Source of the DNA: an uncultured delta proteobacterium
Lineage (GTDB): Bacteria > Myxococcota_A > Polyangia > Fen-1088
DNA: 64,000 nt
Direction of reading: 5' to 3'
NCBI GenBank assembly: GCA_963767925.1
Contig: CAVYGB010000008.1
Location: 896,001-960,000, forward strand
The number at the start of each line of letters is the position of its first letter. Position 1 is the first letter of the stretch. The position numbers were made by a program, and so were the translations under genes. Below the pieces are notes generated by a model. It had not been told where the DNA came from. It searched no databases and saw nothing but the letters and a program-made list of their open reading frames with translations. Below, piece by piece: positions 10,327 to 19,619 of this stretch.

Positions 10327-10839
10327 ATGAAACGAATTGTTACCTCGTTCCTCGCGATCAGTGTCGCGCTGCTTGCGCCCGGCTGGCAAACGAGGGCAGC
10401 GGACAAGAAGGTCCAGAGGGCGGACGTGCCCAAGGCCGTGCTCGACGCCGTGTTTAGGAAATATCGGGGCGCCAGGCTCACGGGGTTCGAGCAGGGCGGT
10501 GAAGGAGGCAAGGTTCGCTACGAGGTCTCCGTGGACACCGGGGCGCTCAAGATGGACATCGAGCTCTCGGGCGAGGGAGTGATCATCGTCGAGGAGACCA
10601 GGATGAGGCCTGGCGAGCTGCCGAAGCCGGTCAAGGCCGGCCTGGCCGCCTCTCGGTACAAGGACTGGAAGATCTCCAGCGCCGGGAGGCTCGTGAAGGA
10701 CGAGCGAGCCGATCTCCCGTTCTACGAGCTGCTCTTGCAGAGCAAGGCGGCGAACAAGAGCACGGAGATGGAGGTGGTGTTCGACCGGGATGGACAGAGC
10801 GCGGAGGAGACGGATAAGTTTTCGAAAGGCGAGGACTGA
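10327..10839 (+). CDS. Secreted PepSY-like/BLIP-like (DUF2874-type) protein
   Basis: GGGAGG RBS; signal peptide; two repeats of (V/L)PK.V...Y....YE.....(D/E)G. Confidence 0.7.
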   Translation: MKRIVTSFLAISVALLAPGWQTRAADKKVQRADVPKAVLDAVFRKYRGARLTGFEQGGEGGKVRYEVSVDTGALKMDIELSGEGVIIVEETRMRPGELPKPVKAGLAASRYKDWKISSAGRLVKDERADLPFYELLLQSKAANKSTEMEVVFDRDGQSAEETDKFSKGED

Positions 10840-10878
10840 GGGCCGGGTCCTCCCGTTCCGCCTCAAGGAGTACGTGTG

Positions 10879-11730
10879 ATGATGACCAAGCACCTCCAAG
10901 ATCGCGCGGTTCCCGTCGAAGTAGGATGGCGGGTCCTGTTCGGTGTCCTGCTGGTCTCGAGCTGCACCGGGCCCGTGGTTCGCGGCCAGTCTGGCGAGTC
11001 TTCCGGCGGCCCGGGCGAGGTCCCTCGCGCCGACGCCGGTTTCACCCTGCCGTCCCCTCCCGCGGCGTCCGGGTCCGATCCGCCTTCGGGGGCGGCGGTC
11101 TGTGGCAGGTTGGTGGCCAGGGCCCGTGACTTTCAGAGCAGCCACCCCGATTTCGAGAAGGATGAGCTGCGCACGGGAGGCGTGCTCCGCGGCCTGGTCA
11201 ACGTCGATCTGGACTCCGACGGCAAGCCGGTCCACGCCACACCTGGCCCGACGCCCTCCACCACCGGCGCGGGGAACTTCGCTCAGTGGTACCGGGACAT
11301 CCCGGGGGTGAACCTCCGCTTCGAAGTTCCGCTCACCTTGATCGAGCAGCGCCCGGGGTCCTTCGTCTACGACAACCCGGCCTTCTTCCCGCTCGATGGC
11401 CGCGGCTGGCCGGGTGACGAGCGAGCCGGCCACAACTTCAGCTTCACGACCGAGATCAATACCACCTTCAAGTACCGGGGCGGCGAGCGCTTCACGTTCA
11501 CCGGTGACGACGACGTCTTCGTGTTCGTCAACCGCAAGCTGGCTGTGGACCTCGGGGGCGTACATGGCAAGCAGGCCGGTTCCGTGGATCTCGACCAGCA
11601 GCGTGCTGCCCTGGGAATCACGGTCGGTCAGAGCTACGCCCTCGACATCTTCCACGCGGAGAGGCACACCACCCAGTCCAACTTTCGCATCGAGACGTCG
11701 ATCGACTGCCTGGTCGTCTCGGTAGACTGA
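10879..11730 (+). CDS. Fibro-slime (PA14-like) domain lipoprotein
   Basis: Lipobox VSSC; RDF..HPDFE, FFPLD, HNFSFTTE, F.GDDDVFVFVN.KL.VDLGGVH, FHAERH. Confidence 0.9.
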   Translation: MMTKHLQDRAVPVEVGWRVLFGVLLVSSCTGPVVRGQSGESSGGPGEVPRADAGFTLPSPPAASGSDPPSGAAVCGRLVARARDFQSSHPDFEKDELRTGGVLRGLVNVDLDSDGKPVHATPGPTPSTTGAGNFAQWYRDIPGVNLRFEVPLTLIEQRPGSFVYDNPAFFPLDGRGWPGDERAGHNFSFTTEINTTFKYRGGERFTFTGDDDVFVFVNRKLAVDLGGVHGKQAGSVDLDQQRAALGITVGQSYALDIFHAERHTTQSNFRIETSIDCLVVSVD

Positions 11731-12138
11731 GCCGTTCGATCGAGCTCGACGGCGATGGCCGGCCGTCATCGCGGTGCTCAGCAGGGCTAGGGTAAGTCCT
11801 CGCGGAGCCGCCTCCTGACGTGGCGATCCTGGCGTGGGACCTTCGTGAAAACGAGGAGGTACCCGTGGACGCAGAGACCGCAGAATTTCGAGCTGAGGTG
11901 CAAGGGACGGCGCGGGACGCGGAGCAAGGGCGCGGCACCCTACGCGGAGGAGATGATCGGTAACCGCTGCACGGCCGGCACATGATGTGCCGGTACATTT
12001 CGGGGGCGCGATCTGCCGGTGCCCTGTTGGGCTGCAGGGCCGGATCCGGAGTCGCGCCATCTATGGGGCCACCTTTTACCGGGTCAACGGGGCCAGCGAT
12101 CCGACGGCCTGGCTCTCTCGTCCGCCAGGGTTTCTCGG

Positions 12139-14556
12139 CTAGTTGAGGTGAGCCGCGTCCGGGTCGAGCGCCTTCCAGCCCACGGTCGCCTTGACGAAGG
12201 CGGCCCGCCCCGGCTTCTGCACGCCCAGCACGTCGTAGACGGCCTGGTTCGTCAGGTTCGAGACGTCGAGGGCCAGGTCGAGGGTGTAGGCCGCCCGGCG
12301 GAAGGAATACACCGCTCCCGCGGAGTGGGTGAGCTGGGCCGGCACGCGGCGGGCATCGCCGGGTGCGCTGGTCTCCTCCCAGCCCGGCAAGAAGCCGTGC
12401 ACGTAGCGCGAGATCCAGGAGACGGACAGCCCGCTGCCGTCCGCCCGCGCCGCCCCGAGGTGCAGCACCGCCGAGGCGTTCGCGAACAGCCAGGGCCGGT
12501 TGGGGACCCGCTGGCCGGAGAACGGCGCAAAAGGGCCGCTGCCCGAGTCGTTCCGCTGCTCCTGCCAGGTGGCGTTGGCTTGCAGGGCGACGCGCCCCTC
12601 GGGCGAGAGCCAGCGCAACATGCCGTCCGCCCCGAGGGTACGGACGTTGAAGACGTTCTGGTTGAGCGAATGGATCCGGTCCTGCGCCAGCAGGAGCACG
12701 ACCATGTCGCGCGTCCAGCGCAGGAAGGCCGTCGCCTCGGCGGCAAGCGTCCCGCCGCCCGGGCCCAGGCGCCGCTCGATCAGGCTGCCGAGGTTGGCGT
12801 TGTGGCTGCTTTCGGGCATGAGCAGCAGGTTGGGCAGCACGAGGGAGCCGTCGCCGAACACCTCGTCCGGACGGGGGAGCCGGGTGGCGTATTCGTACGA
12901 CAGCTTGGCGAACAGGCCGCGCACGAGTCGGGCCCGGAGCACGTCGCCGAAGCCCAGGCGATGGATCTGGTCCTCGATGTGGCGGATCGAGTTGTCGAAG
13001 GTCCGCACCTGATCGCTCGACGGCCGGTAGAGGTACAGCTTGGCGAAGGTGCCGTTCTCGAGGCGATCGGCGTCGTCTCGTAGCTCGAGCTCGGCGCCGC
13101 TCACGAGCTGGAAGATCTCGCGGCGGGTGGTCAGCGGATCGATGCGGGCGGGATTGACCCGCAGCCGCTCGGCCCCGGTCCGCCACACCAGATCGGGCGC
13201 CACCATGAGGCGGGCCACCCGTCCGGGCGCCGGCTGCCAGGTGAGACTGGCCCGTCCGAGCACCCGGTGCTCGCCCTGGGTCAGATCGCTGGCGAAGGCG
13301 CTGAGCTCGCCCGAGCCGGCCGCCCGCTCGAAGATCTGGTTGCCGGACCAGTCGTGGACCCAGCGCGAGACGTCCCGGAAGTGGAGCCAGCGGCGGCTGT
13401 AGCCGGCGTGGGCGGCCACCGTGAGGGAGCGGCTGGCCAGGCGCGGCTGCTCGTAGCGCAGCAACCCGCCCAGCGCGCGCTGGCCGTACTCCGCCCCCCC
13501 GTAGGGCACGGTCATGTCGATGTTGTGCTGCAGGTCCTTGGCGAAGTCGGTGGCATGCACGCGCAGCAGCAACCGCCGGGCCCACCAGCGATCGGCGAAT
13601 CCGGTCTCGAACATCCCGCCCGCCGCCCGGAAGCCGTCGTGGAACCGGCGCACGCGCGCGGGCCGGAGGCGCCCGACCTCGTCGGGGACCCGCACGTCCA
13701 CCTGGTAGTCGTTGCGGGCGGTGTCGTAGAAGGCTGCGCCGCGCGCCACCAGCCCGCTGCTGTGCGGGCGGGTGCGGGCGTCCAGGGAGATCTGATGGGT
13801 GCCGAAGGCCCCGCCCGCGTAGGAGGCGGTCGCGGCCGTGACCGGTCGCGGCTGCTCGGTGATGAGGTCGACCGCGCCGCCGAGGGCGTCGGAGCCCAGC
13901 CGCAGGGGCACCACTCCCCGGTAGATGTCGATGCGCTCGATCCAGCCGAGCGGCACGGTCGAGATGCCGAGGCCGAAGCCGGAGGCCTCGAGCGGGACCC
14001 CGTCGACGTAGGTGCGGATCTGATCGTCGGTCAGCCCGTGCAGGGACAGGCGGGTGCTCGAGCCGAGCCCGCCGGTCCGCTGGACCGCTACCCCTTCCGT
14101 GCGGCCGAGGATCTCGCCGGTGTCCGCGGTCTGCCGGCGGGCCTCCCGGACATCGACGACCTTCACCGCCTGGGCGGACTCGCGCAGCCGCTGCGCCGAC
14201 GACCGGCCGCGAACCATCACCTCGTTCACCCGCCCGACGGGCTCGAGGGGGAGGGTGGGGCCCTCTGTGCCGGGCCGGGGTGGCTGGCTCTCCGGTGCCC
14301 TGGGCGGCGAGGGCTTTGCCACCACCTCGGCCGGGGGCGTCTCCGGCGTCTCTGCCGGGCGTCTGGCCCCGGGCCAGCGGTGCTCCGCCTGCGACCAACG
14401 GCCAGGCCAGCCCGACCAGGATGGCGCGGGCCCGCGAGCGAGGCCGACGCCAGGCACGCCCGGCGGGAGGCGGGCCCTTCCTCGGGAGCGTACCTGCTGG
14501 TTTGTCTTTTCGGCAGAGCGCAGGTTGTCACTTTCGCCGCGATCGCCGGGCCCCAT
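12139..14556 (-). CDS. TonB-dependent receptor; the N-terminal signal region appears frameshifted
   Basis: Plug GVAVQRTGGLGS..IERIDIYRGVVP..LGSDALGGAVD; barrel RLPRPDEVFGDG, PE.S.N, NLTN..YD..QKPGRA. The signal-like AILVGLAWPLVAGGAPLARGQ lies in a different frame (~14370-14430). Confidence 0.88.
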   Translation of the reverse strand: MGPGDRGESDNLRSAEKTNQQVRSRGRARLPPGVPGVGLARGPAPSWSGWPGRWSQAEHRWPGARRPAETPETPPAEVVAKPSPPRAPESQPPRPGTEGPTLPLEPVGRVNEVMVRGRSSAQRLRESAQAVKVVDVREARRQTADTGEILGRTEGVAVQRTGGLGSSTRLSLHGLTDDQIRTYVDGVPLEASGFGLGISTVPLGWIERIDIYRGVVPLRLGSDALGGAVDLITEQPRPVTAATASYAGGAFGTHQISLDARTRPHSSGLVARGAAFYDTARNDYQVDVRVPDEVGRLRPARVRRFHDGFRAAGGMFETGFADRWWARRLLLRVHATDFAKDLQHNIDMTVPYGGAEYGQRALGGLLRYEQPRLASRSLTVAAHAGYSRRWLHFRDVSRWVHDWSGNQIFERAAGSGELSAFASDLTQGEHRVLGRASLTWQPAPGRVARLMVAPDLVWRTGAERLRVNPARIDPLTTRREIFQLVSGAELELRDDADRLENGTFAKLYLYRPSSDQVRTFDNSIRHIEDQIHRLGFGDVLRARLVRGLFAKLSYEYATRLPRPDEVFGDGSLVLPNLLLMPESSHNANLGSLIERRLGPGGGTLAAEATAFLRWTRDMVVLLLAQDRIHSLNQNVFNVRTLGADGMLRWLSPEGRVALQANATWQEQRNDSGSGPFAPFSGQRVPNRPWLFANASAVLHLGAARADGSGLSVSWISRYVHGFLPGWEETSAPGDARRVPAQLTHSAGAVYSFRRAAYTLDLALDVSNLTNQAVYDVLGVQKPGRAAFVKATVGWKALDPDAAHLN

Positions 14557-14573
14557 GGTCGTGATGCGGAGAT

Positions 14574-14592
14574 GATTATGACAATCAGTTTC
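14574..14592. promoter_or_regulatory. Fur box upstream of the second TonB receptor
   Basis: GATTATGACAATCAGTTTC matches 15/19 of the Fur consensus. Confidence 0.8.
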
Positions 14593-14808
14593 GGCCGTCA
14601 ACGGCCCGGGCTCCCTGGCCGCGACGAAGAGGTTCGCCGCCGTCGACTCGTCGCGGGAGGTAGAGGTCCTGCGCCACGAATTTCCGCCCGGCGCTCAGGT
14701 TTCCATCATGAGCAGGCTGCAAGGATGGTCAGGTCGGCAGAGCGCCGATGGAGGCGCCAGATCTGGCCCGCGCTGGACGGGCCGGTCTTTGCGCTAGATT
14801 CGACGCCG

Positions 14809-15495
14809 ATGCGCTTGCTTCTGGTGGAGGACTCGCGCCGGCTACAGCGCTGGCTGGGGGCCGGGCTGCGTCGGGCTGGCCACGCGGTGGACGTCGCCGG
14901 CGACGGGGAGGAAGGGCTGCAGCTCGCGCTCAGCAACAACTACGATGTGATGGTGCTCGATCTGATGCTGCCGGGGTTGGACGGCTACAAGCTGCTCGAG
15001 AGGTTACGCGCCGAAGGGGACGAGGAGAACGCGGCGCACGTGCTGATCTTGACCGCCCGGGACACGGTAGAGGACAAGCTGCGCGGCTTCGAGCTGGGGG
15101 CCGACGACTACCTGGTCAAGCCCTTCGACCTGCAGGAGCTGCTGGCCCGGATCCAGGCGCTGGTCCGCCGGCGGCACGGGCGCACCAGCCCGCGCGTCAC
15201 TCTGGGAGCGCTCACCATCGACACCGCCGCCCGTCGGGTGTTCCGGGAGGGGGTCCCTCTGGCGCTGACCGCCCGGGAGTACGTGCTGCTGGAGTTTCTG
15301 GCGTTGCGGCGCGGTCAGGTGGTGTCCCGAGGGGACATCGAGGCGTGTCTGTTCGACGGGCGCAGCGAGCCAACCAGCAACGCGGTGGACGCGGCCATCG
15401 CGGCCCTGCGCCGGCGCATCGACGTTGCAGGCGAGTCCTCCGCCATCCAGACCTACCGGGGCCAGGGGTATTTGCTGCGGGGATCGGGGGAATGA
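14809..15495 (+). CDS. OmpR-family response regulator
   Basis: MRLLLVEDS..LDLMLPGLDG..GADDYLVKPF..TYRGQGY; ATGA overlap with the kinase. Confidence 0.95.
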   Translation: MRLLLVEDSRRLQRWLGAGLRRAGHAVDVAGDGEEGLQLALSNNYDVMVLDLMLPGLDGYKLLERLRAEGDEENAAHVLILTARDTVEDKLRGFELGADDYLVKPFDLQELLARIQALVRRRHGRTSPRVTLGALTIDTAARRVFREGVPLALTAREYVLLEFLALRRGQVVSRGDIEACLFDGRSEPTSNAVDAAIAALRRRIDVAGESSAIQTYRGQGYLLRGSGE

Positions 15496-16916
15496 GATCG
15501 ATCCGGCGCACGCTGCAGGCGAGCCTGGCGGTTGCGCTGGGGCTTCTGCTCGCGATGGCAGGGATTGCGCTGTCGTTGCATCTGCGCAGCCTGTTCGTCG
15601 CCCAGTTCGACTCGGGACTGGAGGCGAGCGCCCGGCTGCTCGCGGCGCTGGTCCACCTGCACCAGGGCGGTCAAGTGGACACCGAGTTCGAGGAGGCCTG
15701 GCTCCCCGAATACGAGCCGGGCCCGGACGCCGAGTACTTCGACCTGCGGGGGCCCGATGGCGATCGCATCGAAGCTTCGGCGTCACTGAAGCGGTCGTCG
15801 ATCGGCGACCTGCCGCCGGGCGACGCCCGCTTGCGGTCCTGGAACCTGCGGCTGCCCGACGGGCGGCCGGGACGTGCCCTGGCGTTCTCCTTCCGGGCGC
15901 GCATCGACGAACATCAGGACGAACCGGGATCGCCGATCCGGCTGTCCGATATGGTGTTGACGCTGGTGGCGGCGCGGGGGCGCGCCTCCCTGGACGCCGG
16001 CTTGCGCGGGGTGACGGCGGCGCTGGTGGCGCTGGGGGTCGCGCTGCTCATCGGGGTGCCGCTTGTCGTCGCGGCGGTGGTCCGACGCGGGTTGCGCCCG
16101 CTGGACGGCCTCGCCGATCGCATGAAGGACGTCGACGCCCGGCGGCTGGAGCTGGGCATCGCGGTGGAGACCATGCCCCACGAGCTGCGCCCGATCGTCG
16201 GGCGGCTGCAGGACCTGCTGGCCCGCCTGCAGGCCAGCTTCGAGCGCGAGCGGAGGTTCTCGGCGGACGTCGCCCACGAGCTTCGCACGCCCCTGGCGGA
16301 GATGCGCACCATCGCCGAGGTTAGCCTGGCCGAGGTCGATGGCGGCACTGAGGCGGGAGCCGCGCTGAGGGACCTGCGGGCGGCCACCTTGCAGATGGAG
16401 CGCATCGTTGTCACGCTGCTGGCCCTGGCCCGCTGTGAACAGGGGCGGCAACTGGTACAGCCCCGCGAGGTCGAGCTGGGGCAGGCGCTGAACGAGGCCT
16501 GGGCGCCGCTGGAAGACCCGGCGCGCGGAAAGAGGCTGCATCTGCGGCTGGACATGGCTGGGCCCCAGGGGGTGCGCACCGATCCCGCTCTGCTGGCGTC
16601 GATCTTCGGCAACCTGCTGTCGAACGCGGTCGCCTATACGCCCGAAGGGGGAGACATCGTGGCCACCGCCGCCCGCGTCCCGGGTGGGGTCAGGCTCCAG
16701 CTCGTCAACACGCAGCGGGACCTGGAACTCGAGGATCTCGACCCGATGTTCGAGCCGTTCTGGCGCAAGGAGCAGGCCCGCAGCAGCGGCAGCCACACCG
16801 GGCTCGGGCTGGCGCTGGTCGGCGCCCTGGCCAGGCTCATGCGCATCGAGATCGAGGCGACCCTGCCGCGCCCGGACCGCTTCTGCGTCACGCTCACGAT
16901 TCCGAGCACCCTCTGA
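15492..16916 (+). CDS. Membrane sensor histidine kinase (QseC/PmrB/CzcS-like)
   Basis: TM-periplasmic-TM-HAMP layout; FSADVAHELRTPL H-box; NLLSNAVAY; HTGLGLAL. Confidence 0.95.
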   Translation: MRSIRRTLQASLAVALGLLLAMAGIALSLHLRSLFVAQFDSGLEASARLLAALVHLHQGGQVDTEFEEAWLPEYEPGPDAEYFDLRGPDGDRIEASASLKRSSIGDLPPGDARLRSWNLRLPDGRPGRALAFSFRARIDEHQDEPGSPIRLSDMVLTLVAARGRASLDAGLRGVTAALVALGVALLIGVPLVVAAVVRRGLRPLDGLADRMKDVDARRLELGIAVETMPHELRPIVGRLQDLLARLQASFERERRFSADVAHELRTPLAEMRTIAEVSLAEVDGGTEAGAALRDLRAATLQMERIVVTLLALARCEQGRQLVQPREVELGQALNEAWAPLEDPARGKRLHLRLDMAGPQGVRTDPALLASIFGNLLSNAVAYTPEGGDIVATAARVPGGVRLQLVNTQRDLELEDLDPMFEPFWRKEQARSSGSHTGLGLALVGALARLMRIEIEATLPRPDRFCVTLTIPSTL

Positions 16917-16965
16917 CACCCTACCGGCGGGCCGCACGGGAGTCCGCTCGTGCGCGACGGGCGGG

Positions 16966-17670
16966 TCAGGGCAGGGGGAGCGGGTAGGTCTCTTCCGTAT
17001 CGAGCTGGACGTCGGCCTCGAACCAGCGGCCGAGGTAGGCGTCGAGGTGCTCGCGCGGGTCGGTCGCGAGGAGGTGGCCCCGGTAGGCGCCGCTCGCGTC
17101 CCGGAGGAGCTCCGTCAGGGTGGGGGCGTCACGGGCGCGCAGGCGGGCACGGCACACCGCCTGCGTCGGGTCGCGCGACGGGACGGCGAGGGGATCGGGC
17201 GTCTCGCCGGCGACGTCGCCCGAAGGGTCTGGTTCCCGGGTCCAGCCGCCGGCATCGAGGCAGCGAACGAAGGGCATCTCGGAGCTGGGCCGGCGGGCGA
17301 GCAGCGGCTCGAGGACGCGGCGGGCTGCCACCTCCTCCGCCCGGGGCGGGGGCTGCCTCGGCGGCGGCGGCGCGGGTGCGGTCTGCCCGCCCGTCGAGAA
17401 GATCGGTAGGCTCGGCGGCATGTCCTGGGGTGGTCCGACTGGCCGGCCCGCCGGGCGGCGCGTCTGGACGGCCGCCCCCCGGTACCTCGGCGCGGGCCGT
17501 GTTCTCTCCTCCGGATCGGCCGCGCGTCTCTCATCCGGCGCGACCGCCACGGGAGAGGAGGCGGGCTGACCGCCGTCACGCAAGCTGGTCACCGCCCAGG
17601 TGATCGCCATGGCCGCGCCCAGCACGCAGGTGGCCATGGCGATCTTGAGGGCCCGTTCTCCCAAATCCAC
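16966..17670 (-). CDS. Hypothetical membrane-anchored Pro-rich protein
   Basis: ACAGGA RBS and GTG start; N-terminal hydrophobic helix; directly downstream of the DHOR gene. Confidence 0.55.
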   Translation of the reverse strand: MDLGERALKIAMATCVLGAAMAITWAVTSLRDGGQPASSPVAVAPDERRAADPEERTRPAPRYRGAAVQTRRPAGRPVGPPQDMPPSLPIFSTGGQTAPAPPPPRQPPPRAEEVAARRVLEPLLARRPSSEMPFVRCLDAGGWTREPDPSGDVAGETPDPLAVPSRDPTQAVCRARLRARDAPTLTELLRDASGAYRGHLLATDPREHLDAYLGRWFEADVQLDTEETYPLPLP

Positions 17671-17702
17671 TCCTGTCGGTCAGCGCTCCGGCCGGGGCGG
17701 TC

Positions 17703-19406
17703 TCACTCCTCCTCGGCCCCTTCCGGCTCCTCCGGCAGGAAGAGCACGAGGTTGTTGAGGAAGGCGATCACCGCCTTCTTGTCGAGGGTTGGAAGCTGCA
17801 GGAAGGCGGTGCGAGAGGTCTCCCCTTCACCGCGGTGCCAGAGGATCGCCTCGGTGAGGGTGACCGCCCGGCCGTCGTGCAGGTACGGCGCGCTCGAGCC
17901 GACGCCCCACAGGGCGGTGGTCAGGAAGACCGACTTGCCCGTCCCCACCTCGTCGACCGGCTCGGCGAGCCCGTCCCCCAGATCGTGCCGCCGCAGGTCG
18001 GTGTAAGGCTCGATGACCGCGAATTGACCCTGGCGCTTGAAGCTGCCGAGGGGGGTTCGATCTTGACCCTGACCGACGTCGAACTTGTTGTCGGGCTGGT
18101 CGTTGGTGATGTCGAAGGTCACCGGCACCCGGACGTCGAGGCCGAGCTCGAAGGGGAGCCGGCCGCCCGGGAACAGGCGGTCGCGGTAGTCCGGCGAGGC
18201 CGACGGCTCCCGGAAGACCCGGTCGGCCACGACGAACGACGGGCGGTGGCACTGGTTGCACTGGATCTGATCGAAGAGCATCCGGCCACGCTGGATCACG
18301 GTGGCCTCCGCCGCCGGCAGGATGGGCACCAGCGCCGCCAGCTCCCGGTTGGCGCTCCGGATGGCCTGCAGCTCCAGCTTGCTCGTCGGCCGAGGCTGAC
18401 CGGCGATGTAGAGGGTCAAGGCGGTCACGTCACCGACCGACAGCTCCTCGCCCACGCCGTCCCGGTCGCCGTCGACGTTGGGGCGGTCGAAGAACTCGAC
18501 CGCTTGCATGCCGAGCTCGTTGTGCATGGCCCCCCGGTTGAAGTCCCGGAGGAAGGCCACCGAACCTTTCCACTGGAAGGGCCGCACCACCAGGTCGTCC
18601 GAGACGGCCTTCGTGGTGAAGCCCTGGGGCGGCAGGACCTGGATGGTGCAGCTCGTGGCCCCCGGCTTGCGCGAGACGACCGCCGATCCGAAGTCGACGC
18701 CCTTGATGTCGTTGAGGAACACCCGGCGGGCGGCGCAGGGCGGGCTCGAACGGGTGGGGTTGCGGCACTCGCAGTCGGCCGCGGCCTGGTCCCGGCGCTG
18801 CTGCAGCAGGGCGGTCATCTCCTCGGCGAGCTTCTGCTTGCCGGCCGCGCCGTGCACGTGGGGCGTGTTTCGCTGGATGTAGTTCTCGGTCAGGCCCGTG
18901 CGGAAGGGATCGCGGTGGACGTTGGCGCTCGCCGGGCCGGGGCCATCGGCGACGTTCTGGTTGTGGCATTCGATGCAGGCGGCGCCGTTGGGACCGGTGG
19001 CGCGCCCGGGGGCGTGCGAGAACCAGCCGTTGTCCTTCAGGTCGGGCCGCGGGAACCGGGTGTAGCGCTGCTGGGGGTTGACGTAGGCGCCGCCGCCGTC
19101 CAGCGCGTTGAACTGCAGCTCGAACAGCTCGTCGCCGTGATCGAAGGCCTTGGTGAATAGATCGATCCGCCGGGCGGCGACGTTGCCGACGGCCTGGGCC
19201 GTCTGGTTGAGGACGAGCTGGTCCTGGTGCTGGATCTCGGCGAAGGCCGGCTCGTCGACCTCGCGGAGGACGGTGAGATCTTCGGGCGCGATCGAATACG
19301 CGGTCATGCCGCCTCCGGCCGCGACGATCGCGACCAGGGCCAGTCGCACCGGGAGCGGCGCCGAGCCCATTCCACGCGACCGTCGGAGCGGTGTGAAGTC
19401 TTCCAT
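17703..19406 (-). CDS. Di-heme oxidoreductase (DHOR/DUF1111-like)
   Basis: GGAGGA RBS; CIECH and CNQCH heme-c motifs; RPFQWKG, HNELG, YTDL..HDLG, LWGVGSSAPYLHDGRA.TL.EAILWH.GE. Confidence 0.88.
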   Translation of the reverse strand: MEDFTPLRRSRGMGSAPLPVRLALVAIVAAGGGMTAYSIAPEDLTVLREVDEPAFAEIQHQDQLVLNQTAQAVGNVAARRIDLFTKAFDHGDELFELQFNALDGGGAYVNPQQRYTRFPRPDLKDNGWFSHAPGRATGPNGAACIECHNQNVADGPGPASANVHRDPFRTGLTENYIQRNTPHVHGAAGKQKLAEEMTALLQQRRDQAAADCECRNPTRSSPPCAARRVFLNDIKGVDFGSAVVSRKPGATSCTIQVLPPQGFTTKAVSDDLVVRPFQWKGSVAFLRDFNRGAMHNELGMQAVEFFDRPNVDGDRDGVGEELSVGDVTALTLYIAGQPRPTSKLELQAIRSANRELAALVPILPAAEATVIQRGRMLFDQIQCNQCHRPSFVVADRVFREPSASPDYRDRLFPGGRLPFELGLDVRVPVTFDITNDQPDNKFDVGQGQDRTPLGSFKRQGQFAVIEPYTDLRRHDLGDGLAEPVDEVGTGKSVFLTTALWGVGSSAPYLHDGRAVTLTEAILWHRGEGETSRTAFLQLPTLDKKAVIAFLNNLVLFLPEEPEGAEEE

Positions 19407-19619
19407 GGTGTCCTCCGCTTGTTTCACCCGATCGCTGGCGACGCGGGTCAGGGCGAGCCCTCGTCGAGGGACGCGCGGGAATCCGCCGGGCGAGTCAGGG
19501 CTTCGGACGTTTGGGGCCGACTCTAAGAAAATTCTTCAAAAAGAATCGCGCGCGGTTCGAACCTCGGATCTCGTCGAGGCGGAATCCACAGCGCGCCGGG
19601 ATGCGTGTGGATACGAGAA

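Noticed and set aside
11731..12138. Intergenic gap as a small gene or ncRNA
   Set aside because: No convincing ORF, RBS-start pair or recognisable RNA motif.
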